This document shows, one piece after another, positions 19,349 to 27,776 of a stretch of 64,000 nt of DNA; position 1 is the stretch's first letter, and the number at the start of each line of letters is the position of its first letter. The notes under the pieces are model-generated. The model was not told the origin of the DNA, searched no databases, and was given only the letters and a program-made list of their open reading frames with translations. The DNA is from Bacteroidaceae bacterium (lineage in GTDB: Bacteria; Bacteroidota; Bacteroidia; Bacteroidales; Bacteroidaceae): contig OY762866.2 in NCBI GenBank assembly GCA_963666495.2, positions 3,692,997 through 3,756,996 on the forward strand, given 5' to 3'. Made by a program: the position numbers and the translations under genes.

Positions 19349-20065
19349 ATGAAAAAGTTATTTTTAACACTGACAGTATTTGTTGCATCATTTAGTATGC
19401 ATGCACAATCTTACAATGATTTTATGGTATTTGTTGGCAATGTATTGTTGAATAATAAAAATTATACCAACGACGAGGTTTGCAGTTTGTATAATCAACA
19501 CTATGGTATCTCTCAACAAAAACTTAATGAGTTATACAATGGATTCAACAGAAATTGGGGAGATGTTGTTATGGGTTTAGAATTAAGCCAGTTTTTAAAT
19601 AAACCAATTAACACAATCTTCAATGATTATAGAGATAGTGGTGCAACAAAAGGTTGGGGCAATTTAGCAAAAGAATATGGTATAAAACCTGGTTCTGATG
19701 AATTCCATCGCTTTAAACAAAGAATGAAAGAAGAAACCATTTATTGGAAAAACACTCATAAAGAATATAAAGCTAAGAAAGATCTAAATGTTGTAGGTAA
19801 GAATAGGAAAAATTACCCGAATGAATTAGTAGAAGAACCTCTTTTCTATCATAAGCAAAAAGCCAGAGATAATAAAAAGTACAAGGATAATAAGAATAAC
19901 AAAGAGAAAGAATATAAATCTAAAGAGAACAATGACCGAGACGAGTATGATAAATTTCAAAAAAGAAACGAGAAAGGAAATCGAGGACAGATGAAAGGTC
20001 ATAAAGGAGAAGAAAATAAATATAAGCACAACAAAGGTAATCGAGAAAGAGATAACGATGAATAA
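19349..20065 (+). CDS. Exported hypothetical protein with KGWGNLAKEYGIKPGS motif and K/E/N-rich tail
   Basis: Signal peptide MKKLFLTLTVFVASFSMHA (start moved from 19328 to 19349); highly charged low-complexity C-terminus. Confidence 0.7.
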   Translation: MKKLFLTLTVFVASFSMHAQSYNDFMVFVGNVLLNNKNYTNDEVCSLYNQHYGISQQKLNELYNGFNRNWGDVVMGLELSQFLNKPINTIFNDYRDSGATKGWGNLAKEYGIKPGSDEFHRFKQRMKEETIYWKNTHKEYKAKKDLNVVGKNRKNYPNELVEEPLFYHKQKARDNKKYKDNKNNKEKEYKSKENNDRDEYDKFQKRNEKGNRGQMKGHKGEENKYKHNKGNRERDNDE

Positions 20066-20153
20066 TAACTTTAACAAGTTACTTTTATGATAAGAGAGAG
20101 AAAACTTTTTAGAATAACACATTGTTATTCAATATGTACAATCTCATACTATC

Positions 20154-21080
20154 ATGAAAACTAATTGTATATTCAAAATATCAATTGTTATAATAACACT
20201 TCTGTTATGTGGCTGTACAAATCATATAACAGAGGTAAAAGGTCGGATGGTCAACAACTATCATTTATTCATGGATCAACATGTTGCTGCAATGAATTCA
20301 TCATTGCAACAGATAAATCCATCAAAAATCACTAAAAAGAAACTTTTCAAGGCAATTCCTTCTGCCATCTTTCAATTTGAGCTATCTTCTATCGGGAATC
20401 AGAAGATTTCTTTTAAGCAATATAATGAAGTTAGAAATAACACCCTGCAAATAATTAAAGATAGCTTAAACCTATACATTATTTACAAAGATAAAGAGAC
20501 TGTAAAATCATTAGTAGACAGCATTCTAAAATCTTATTCAGAACAATTCCCCGTTAAAAACGCATATTCATATTATAAAGAACAAAGAGAATTTGCCGGA
20601 ACATTCATACAATTTGTGGAAGCTAAAAACGAAGGTTATTGTAATGAAGAGAATATGCTCCCTGGCGATTGCAACTGGGGATATATTTTTCTTTCAGCAA
20701 ATGGCAAAAGCCTGCTTCAATTTCAATGTGTGGGCTCAGACAGTGTTCGGTATGATATTGGCGATTATAGAATAATTTCTGATACACTTGTATGTACATT
20801 CAAAAACAGTTATTCTTATCCGGAAAAATATGACAGTAACACAGGTGTTAGCATTTCAGATCCTAATGATGGAAGAATAAATTCAGAGAAAGACTTCATT
20901 ATAAAATTACTGCCATGCGAATGTTTGCAATACCCTTTCATTATTAAATATTTAAATGAAGAAGATAAAGAAAGCATTCAGCTACAAACTTATGTAGTAA
21001 AAATAGCAACTCTAAAAGAACAAGATGACTTTATTAAATCAATAAGAAATATAAAGCCTATTGCAAACATGGTAAGATAA
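20154..21080 (+). CDS. Hypothetical lipoprotein
   Basis: Lipobox LCGC; 308 aa ORF ending at a bidirectional terminator. Confidence 0.65.
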   Translation: MKTNCIFKISIVIITLLLCGCTNHITEVKGRMVNNYHLFMDQHVAAMNSSLQQINPSKITKKKLFKAIPSAIFQFELSSIGNQKISFKQYNEVRNNTLQIIKDSLNLYIIYKDKETVKSLVDSILKSYSEQFPVKNAYSYYKEQREFAGTFIQFVEAKNEGYCNEENMLPGDCNWGYIFLSANGKSLLQFQCVGSDSVRYDIGDYRIISDTLVCTFKNSYSYPEKYDSNTGVSISDPNDGRINSEKDFIIKLLPCECLQYPFIIKYLNEEDKESIQLQTYVVKIATLKEQDDFIKSIRNIKPIANMVR

Positions 21081-21122
21081 AAACATAAGAGGCAGTCAAA
21101 GTTGACTGCCTCTTATGTTTTT
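21080..21122. terminator. Bidirectional terminator
   Basis: AAAACATAAGAGGCAGTCAA-AG-TTGACTGCCTCTTATGTTTT, a perfect stem between convergent genes. Confidence 0.85.
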
Positions 21123-21139
21123 ATTAGAGAATATTACTA

Positions 21140-22312
21140 CTAAAACATTTGTAATTGATAAATAAAGCCTAAAGAAATCCGGTTTGTATCATCATCAAAT
21201 CCTGTCGTCATTAACGATTTGGCTCTATTTGTATATTCGTATGCACGTCCCACATAAGTCAGGAAGAAATGCAAATTAGATTCCATGGGGTAATATTCTA
21301 ATCCAGCAAAATACCCATAAGCTGTTCTATATTTACCTTTCGGAAATCCCATCAAGTTATTTTTTAGTGAAGCTGTTTCGTACATTCCTTCAAGGAAAAC
21401 ATTCCATTTGGGAGCAAACCGATAATTCAGCTTTGTAACTAATGATAAATATTGTGCATTAACAGCATTTCCATATCTACTCGAATTTGTAATTTTACTC
21501 ATAATTCCATTACGGTCAAGCTCTTCATTGGAATACATAAAATCAAAAAACATGTTGAATTTGCCTTGCGTTAGTTCATTTCCCAATGCATAGTAATACA
21601 TATTCTTGCCTTTTGCTTCATTCATCAAAGATGCTGACCATCTGGTTTTGAATGCATTATCAAAGAAACTACCGTTCCAATTCAACGTGTATACAAGCGG
21701 TGCCTGACTTTGTACTATACCTGTGTTACCAACATTATATGTATTCTCAAAGTTTTCATTCATACTATTCAAAACCTGCAACTGTAACTGATGATCACTA
21801 TTGAAGTTATATGCAAAGTTTACTCCGGTAAGGAAATTACTCATATTCTCAATCATATCACTGTATTCGTATATTTCGATCGGATTAAGGTCAAATTCAA
21901 TACCTCCGTAAGCTGCACACTGTTTCCCTATAAACATAGAAAACTTATCTGTTACTTTCACACCAATTCCCGCAACATCTATAGATCTGGGTAAGTTATC
22001 AAGATTATCACCACCTGCATTTGAACGGTTCAAACGTTGTCGCCATCGATAAGAAAGCCAATCGTTAATTTTACCTTTTGCCTCAATACGGAGTTGTCTC
22101 ATATTGAAATTACTCATCTCATGAACATCTCGGACGAACTTGGTATCAAAGCTTCCATTCATATTAAGAAATAAGTTAAACCTGTCTGTCTTCTTCTTAA
22201 TGTTAGTAACCTCCTCAAACAAACTTTTAGAGGAGCGCATATCACCATCTTGTTGCGCACGGACTCCAGCCATGCATAACAGGACTCCCAAGAATAGTAT
22301 ATACTTTTTCAT
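21140..22312 (-). CDS. Outer membrane porin (OprO/OprP-like family)
   Basis: Signal peptide from MKKYILFLG (22312), FNMRQLRIEAKG, C-terminal RISLGFIYQLQMF; starts 2 nt after the ansB stop. Confidence 0.75.
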   Translation of the reverse strand: MKKYILFLGVLLCMAGVRAQQDGDMRSSKSLFEEVTNIKKKTDRFNLFLNMNGSFDTKFVRDVHEMSNFNMRQLRIEAKGKINDWLSYRWRQRLNRSNAGGDNLDNLPRSIDVAGIGVKVTDKFSMFIGKQCAAYGGIEFDLNPIEIYEYSDMIENMSNFLTGVNFAYNFNSDHQLQLQVLNSMNENFENTYNVGNTGIVQSQAPLVYTLNWNGSFFDNAFKTRWSASLMNEAKGKNMYYYALGNELTQGKFNMFFDFMYSNEELDRNGIMSKITNSSRYGNAVNAQYLSLVTKLNYRFAPKWNVFLEGMYETASLKNNLMGFPKGKYRTAYGYFAGLEYYPMESNLHFFLTYVGRAYEYTNRAKSLMTTGFDDDTNRISLGFIYQLQMF

Positions 22313-22313
22313 A

Positions 22314-23372
22314 TCAATATTCATTAAAATAAGTTTGGATCTGCTTCCAATCATTAGTCCTTGTTAATGCCAACATTAGCAGAACTCTTGCTTTTTGAGG
22401 ATTTAATTCCTGAGAGGCAACAAACCCATATTCAGCATCATTCACTTCTGCATCCAATGTGCTTGGTCCTGTAGGAACTCTTGAAGAACGAACAACCTGA
22501 ATACCTGCTTTTCTGGCTCTGATTAGTTCAGGGAAAATATTCTTATGAATGTTACCATTTCCCACACCTGCATGAATAATGCCTTTATATCCAGATGCAA
22601 TTAATGCATTAACAGCTTCAGGTTCAACATTTGAATAACTGTAGATAATACCTACTTTTGGCAGCTTATTAAGATTATCAACAGAAAAATCGGAATTTGT
22701 AGTATGCTTTTTTACAGAAACACGATTAAAGAATACTTTACTATTAAAAACATAACCTAATGGGCCACAATTTGGAGATTGGAAAGTCTCTACACTTATA
22801 GTGTTTGTTTTTAAAACATCTCCAGCTCCAAGAATCAGTCCATTCATAACAACCATTACCCCTTTACCTTTTGATTCTTTTGCAGAAGCGGTAATTACAG
22901 CATTATATAAATTCAACGGACCATCTGCACTGATAGCAGTAGAAGGTCGCATTGCACCAACCAGCACAACCGGTTTATCAGAATGTACAACAAGATTCAA
23001 GAAATAAGCGGTTTCTTCCATGGTATCAGTTCCGTGAGTAATTACAATACCATCAACTTTGCTATCGGCAAGTAATATATTAATCCGCTTCGCAAGAGTA
23101 AGCCACACATCATCAGACATATCTTGTGAACCAATTCTGACAATTTGCTCACCTGTTACATTTGCCACATTATTAATATCAGGAACAGCATCAAGTAGCG
23201 CACCAATAGCTACCTGCCCCGCCGTATAATTTGTTTTGGTACCCGAAGTACCAGTTCCCGCAATTGTACCTCCAGTTGCTAAAATGTGAATGTTAGGCTT
23301 TTGAGCCATTACACTTATTGCTGATAGCAACACACAAAGAACAAAAAATTGAAATCTTTTAACTGCTTTCAT
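22314..23372 (-). CDS. ansB: Type II (periplasmic) L-asparaginase
   Basis: Signal peptide; ILATGGTIAG, THGTDTMEET, GAMRPS..SADGPLNL and LNPQKARVLLMLAL motifs. Confidence 0.95.
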   Translation of the reverse strand: MKAVKRFQFFVLCVLLSAISVMAQKPNIHILATGGTIAGTGTSGTKTNYTAGQVAIGALLDAVPDINNVANVTGEQIVRIGSQDMSDDVWLTLAKRINILLADSKVDGIVITHGTDTMEETAYFLNLVVHSDKPVVLVGAMRPSTAISADGPLNLYNAVITASAKESKGKGVMVVMNGLILGAGDVLKTNTISVETFQSPNCGPLGYVFNSKVFFNRVSVKKHTTNSDFSVDNLNKLPKVGIIYSYSNVEPEAVNALIASGYKGIIHAGVGNGNIHKNIFPELIRARKAGIQVVRSSRVPTGPSTLDAEVNDAEYGFVASQELNPQKARVLLMLALTRTNDWKQIQTYFNEY

Positions 23373-23407
23373 AACAATAAAACATTTAGTTATTAAAAAA
23401 ATAAATC

Positions 23408-24721
23408 TTAGGAAAAGAATTGAATCATCAACAATCCCATACCTACGGCTACTGCTGTAGAAATAAGGCCTGGCATCATAAATGAATGATTCAGTACATA
23501 TTTACCGATACGGGTAGTTCCTGTCCGGTCAAAATTAATAGCTGCCACAACTGTTGGATAATTTGGAATAAAAAAGTAACCGTTTACTGCCGGAAACAAT
23601 GCTATAAGCATGTACGGTGAAATTGCCAATGCAATGCCAAGTGGCATAAGCGCTCTGACTGTTGCAGCCTGACTATATAAAAGAATAGACATTACAAAAA
23701 GTGCAAATCCGAAAAGCCATGGAGTTGCAGTTACAATATCCTTTATAGAGGCAGTCAATTCAGGAAGGTTGCCCTCCAAAAAAGTATCTCCCATCCAAGC
23801 AATACCAAATATAGCAATTACTGCTTGCATTCCAGCAGGGAATACAGATCCTTGAGTAGCTTTTATTCCGTCCGTTTTGGTAAATAAGAGAATCAAAGCT
23901 GCAGCTGACAACATTAGTATTTCAATGATAGACGACATACTTAGCTTCACCATTTCACCATCAACATTAAACGAAGGCCTTAAGCCATCAAATGAACCAA
24001 ACAGCACAATAAAAAGTGTTGCAAGTATAAAAATAGAAACAGAGATTATTGCATTTCGGTTATTCTCAACCTCTTTCGTATGTATCTTTTTAGTTTCAAA
24101 TTCACCTTCTGCTATTCTTTTCTGAAATTCAGGATCATCTTCAAGCTCTTTACCTACATACAACGAATAAAATGCACCAACAAGCACTCCTACCAAAGTA
24201 GCAGGAATAGTTATTTTCAGGATATCAAATAACGAGATGTTATATCCCGACAATAATCCGAGAAGCGCAACTGTAGCTGCTGAAATAGGACTTGCTGTAA
24301 TGGCTTGTTGAGATGCTATAACTGCAATACTCAACGGGCGCTCCGGCCTTATTTTTGTTTCAGTGGCAACTTCAGCAATAACAGGCAAAACAGAATATGC
24401 AACGTGTCCTGTTCCTGCTACAATTGTAAAAAGATAAGTCACTATCGGGCTCAGCCAAACAACCTTGGATGGATTTTTACGTAACACATGTTCAGCAGCT
24501 TTCACCATGTAGTCAAGTCCACCGGCAGCCTGCATACAAGAAGCAGCAGAGATTACTGCAGCTATCATTAACATTACATCAATCGGAGGTGCTGTTGGTT
24601 GCAAGCCAAATACAAAAGTAAGAATAGCTAACCCCACTCCTCCCATAACTCCAAGTCCAATGCCTCCTAGTCGTGCACCGACAAGAATAGCAACTAACAC
24701 AAAAATCAATTGTAGAACCAT
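23408..24721 (-). CDS. Anaerobic C4-dicarboxylate transporter, DcuA/DcuB family
   Basis: GARLGGIGLG, MQAAGGLD, GTGH..YSVLPVI, RPERPL, PNYPT..AA..FD.TGTT.IG..V.NHSF. DcuA versus DcuB cannot be decided by eye. Confidence 0.92.
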   Translation of the reverse strand: MVLQLIFVLVAILVGARLGGIGLGVMGGVGLAILTFVFGLQPTAPPIDVMLMIAAVISAASCMQAAGGLDYMVKAAEHVLRKNPSKVVWLSPIVTYLFTIVAGTGHVAYSVLPVIAEVATETKIRPERPLSIAVIASQQAITASPISAATVALLGLLSGYNISLFDILKITIPATLVGVLVGAFYSLYVGKELEDDPEFQKRIAEGEFETKKIHTKEVENNRNAIISVSIFILATLFIVLFGSFDGLRPSFNVDGEMVKLSMSSIIEILMLSAAALILLFTKTDGIKATQGSVFPAGMQAVIAIFGIAWMGDTFLEGNLPELTASIKDIVTATPWLFGFALFVMSILLYSQAATVRALMPLGIALAISPYMLIALFPAVNGYFFIPNYPTVVAAINFDRTGTTRIGKYVLNHSFMMPGLISTAVAVGMGLLMIQFFS

Positions 24722-24921
24722 ATTTACATTGAATAATAAAGTAGAATATTTAAATAAAAGCAGACTGATATAAGTTTATCAAATTACAATATAAATATAA
24801 CAAATAAATTTATAAATAGGTTTGGTTTTAGAAACTATAAATCACATTATTTGCAAAAACTATTGTATTCATATTTATGTTATTAATTAACAATAGAATA
24901 ATAAATTAATAACACTACATC

Positions 24922-25362
24922 ATGAAAACTTGCTTATTAATGTTTTTGTTAGTCTTTTCTATGAGAATATTCTCCCAGGATATATATAACAAGGAGAATG
25001 AGATAAACACTTTTAATAAGTATTCTAACGTAGAAATGGGTAATTCACTAAATATTTCTTTACCTGAAACAAATGAAAACCATTTGTATAAATGTGGAGT
25101 TTACTTAGAAAAATCTGCTAATTATAGATATTTTGCTCTTGGGTCTTTAGCTGCAAGTATTATTCTATCTTCTGCAGGTTCAAGTTCTAATGATTCTCCA
25201 GGATCAAACAATAACAAAGATTTGTATTATGTAATTAGTGGCATATTTCTCACATCATCTATAGTGTGTACAATTATATCTATCAATTACAAGCTAAAAG
25301 CCGGAAAACAACTCAAGATATCTGCAAATGGTACTTCAGCCTGTATTTCCTATACATATTAA
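24922..25362 (+). CDS. Exported/membrane hypothetical protein (tandem paralogue 1)
   Basis: Signal peptide, two hydrophobic helices, C-terminal strand ending ISYTY. Confidence 0.65.
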   Translation: MKTCLLMFLLVFSMRIFSQDIYNKENEINTFNKYSNVEMGNSLNISLPETNENHLYKCGVYLEKSANYRYFALGSLAASIILSSAGSSSNDSPGSNNNKDLYYVISGIFLTSSIVCTIISINYKLKAGKQLKISANGTSACISYTY

Positions 25363-25379
25363 TTAAAGCTATAAAGATT

Positions 25380-25823
25380 ATGAAACACATTTTAATAGCA
25401 ATATTACTCTTGATTTCTACGAATACATTCTCTCAACAGATAATTACCCCCAATAATGAGGAAAAGAATAATTCAGTAGTAGAAGTCAAGGACAGTATAA
25501 AGACAACAATGGATGTAAATACGAAAAGTATTTTAATCAAATCCAGTGATTATATGCGAAAATCAGCATATTATGAATACGGAGCTTTAGGTTCGTTTGC
25601 TGCCAGCATGGGATTTATGTTAATAGCTTTCAGTAATTTCGACTTTTGGAATGAAAATGACAGTAATATTAATGCTAGTGCCATTAGTGCGGTTGCGGCA
25701 ACTTTATTTTTCACTTCTGCGATTGTTTGTACTATAGCGTCAGTAAGATTCGATAAAAAAGCCGGTAAAGAACTCAAATTACTTATGCGTGGTGGAACAG
25801 GAACTATTTCTTTAACTTTTTAA
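25380..25823 (+). CDS. Exported/membrane hypothetical protein (tandem paralogue 2)
   Basis: Start reassigned to MKHILIAILL (25380); shares KSA.Y...ALGS.AAS and IVCTI.S....KAGK.LK motifs with the upstream ORF. Confidence 0.7.
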   Translation: MKHILIAILLLISTNTFSQQIITPNNEEKNNSVVEVKDSIKTTMDVNTKSILIKSSDYMRKSAYYEYGALGSFAASMGFMLIAFSNFDFWNENDSNINASAISAVAATLFFTSAIVCTIASVRFDKKAGKELKLLMRGGTGTISLTF

Positions 25824-25885
25824 TTGCTAAACAAATAAAGATTTCAACAGAAATTATTATATTCGCAATATAAAAAAGGATCTGT

Positions 25886-26470
25886 ATGAAGAATTATTTT
25901 TTAATATTTTTTCTTTTATTACTTCCGCTAAAAGTACTTGCACAAACAAGCCCGGATTCTGTTGTGATCAATTTTTACAAATGGTACTTTAGCGTTATTG
26001 AGAGTGGGCAAATTGAAGAATATCAACCCATATTTGCAGCAGATTCACTAGGGATGACTACCCTTAATATGGATAAATATATTAAGAACCTCCGGCAGTA
26101 CAACTTTTCAGATAGTCTTATAATCCATGAAGTAGCTTCATATCAAACTTGTATTAAGGAAATCAATAAAATAAAATTTGATGAATTAAACGATAAATTC
26201 CCCAATCTGGAAGATTATAGAAATATTGGTTGTGACTTTTTCAATATATATCGATGGATTATGGATGTAGAGCCAATGAATGGTATAGATATTATTGAAA
26301 CCTTTAAAATCAATGACAAGAAAGTTATAATTAAAGGAAAATTCTTTAGAGGCAATGTGGAATCAAAAGATAAAGCTTACTGGAATAAGTTTCTATTTGT
26401 TTCATTAAAAAAAGAAAACAATATCTGGAAAATAGATCAGATAGAGACCAAGAAAACAAAGGAAAAATAG
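25886..26470 (+). CDS. Exported hypothetical protein, DUF3828/YbjP-like
   Basis: Signal peptide; PDSVVINFYKWY near the N-terminus and KKENNIWKIDQI at the C-terminus. Confidence 0.5.
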   Translation: MKNYFLIFFLLLLPLKVLAQTSPDSVVINFYKWYFSVIESGQIEEYQPIFAADSLGMTTLNMDKYIKNLRQYNFSDSLIIHEVASYQTCIKEINKIKFDELNDKFPNLEDYRNIGCDFFNIYRWIMDVEPMNGIDIIETFKINDKKVIIKGKFFRGNVESKDKAYWNKFLFVSLKKENNIWKIDQIETKKTKEK

Positions 26471-26534
26471 AGGGAAACTAATTATTACACTATTAGGATT
26501 CCTATAAATAAAAAAATCAAAGGGTAAGTTTTAT

Positions 26535-27416
26535 CTATTTAAAGAGCTTAACCTGAACATTCTCTTCTGGCTCCGCATGAATGTATACCTCACTTCTTTT
26601 AATAAGGTTACCAATTTCAATTTCTATATTATCACAAATTTCATGTACTTGCTTTAAAGATAAATCTGGTTGAAGATGAACATTGACTTTAATAAAGGTG
26701 TTTGCTCCAGCAGAACGAATTTTAAGATCATGATAAGATATTACTTCAGGTGTAGCTGATAATAAAACTTCCACCATGTGAACTTTGTCTTGAGGAGCCG
26801 TATCAAGTAAGACGTCAATAGATTTTTTACCTAATTTTAAAGAAACCGAGACAACAAGTATTGCAACTAATAGTGCAGCTATTGAATCAGCAAAGAAAAA
26901 ACCAAAGTTAGCGCATATAAGTCCAAGTAACACTACAGAAGAACTCCATACATCAGTAGAAAAATGCAAGGCATCTGCTTCCAGAGCCTGACTGTTATGT
27001 TTCTTAGCAACCTTTGATAGAGCTCTTGAACGAGTTACATCAATTATTATCGCTGTAATAACTACTATATAACTCCAGATATTTACTTTTATTTCTGTTT
27101 CTCCGGTAACCAATCGATTTACTGCTTCATAGATAATCCAGACACAAGTGATGAGAAGTAATAACGTTTCAATCAAGGCTGAGAAATTCTCTACCTTACC
27201 ATGCCCATAGTTATGCTCTTTATCAGCAGGTTTATCTGAAATACTGACCGAAAAAAAGGTAATAACAGCTGCTATAAGATCTAGAGTTGAATGCAAGGCT
27301 TCCGAAAGTATACCTAAACTACCTGTAAGAATACCGATAATCATCTTAAATCCAGTCAAAAATATCGCTGCTAATACGGAAAGCAAAGCAACTCTCTTTT
27401 TCTCATTTTTAATCAT
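26535..27416 (-). CDS. Cation diffusion facilitator (FieF-like)
   Basis: SEALHSTLD, HNYGHGKVE and ADALHFSTD metal-site motifs; C-terminal IHAEP dimerisation domain. Confidence 0.92.
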   Translation of the reverse strand: MIKNEKKRVALLSVLAAIFLTGFKMIIGILTGSLGILSEALHSTLDLIAAVITFFSVSISDKPADKEHNYGHGKVENFSALIETLLLLITCVWIIYEAVNRLVTGETEIKVNIWSYIVVITAIIIDVTRSRALSKVAKKHNSQALEADALHFSTDVWSSSVVLLGLICANFGFFFADSIAALLVAILVVSVSLKLGKKSIDVLLDTAPQDKVHMVEVLLSATPEVISYHDLKIRSAGANTFIKVNVHLQPDLSLKQVHEICDNIEIEIGNLIKRSEVYIHAEPEENVQVKLFK

Positions 27417-27736
27417 TACAAGCTACATATTAATTTATTAGGGATACTTTTCAATAGAACAAAGCTATAAAAATAAGTTGAAAACGACAGATTATTTCAA
27501 AAAAAAGAACTGCAGATTAAGTTATATAGATTTAGTCTAATTATTTCTAATTTAGATGGTATAAAAACAAGCATGAGAACTCTAATTATCAACACTTTAA
27601 AATATAACATGTTAACGTTTTTAATAAGATTACTTAATTTGATGTGATTTTTATCGTTACAATTCATTTTATACAAAACAAATTTAGTACTTTTGCCGCA
27701 TCTTTTTTAGAGAATAAAAGACAAAAGTAAGACTTT

Positions 27737-27744
27737 TACTTTTG
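27737..27744 (+). promoter_or_regulatory. -7 box (TACTTTTG) for PBP1A
   Basis: TAnnTTTG 32 bp before the start codon. Confidence 0.5.
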
Positions 27745-27776
27745 CCTATAAACAGTTACAATTGAATCATACTTAG

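Noticed and set aside
19826-20122. Hydrophobic 98-aa minus-strand ORF resembling a membrane protein
   Set aside because: Antisense of the A-rich Lys/Glu/Asn tail of the 19349 gene, which automatically reads as Phe/Leu/Ile.
25266-25379. Extended N-terminus of the second paralogue
   Set aside because: Overlaps the upstream gene; the signal peptide begins at 25380.
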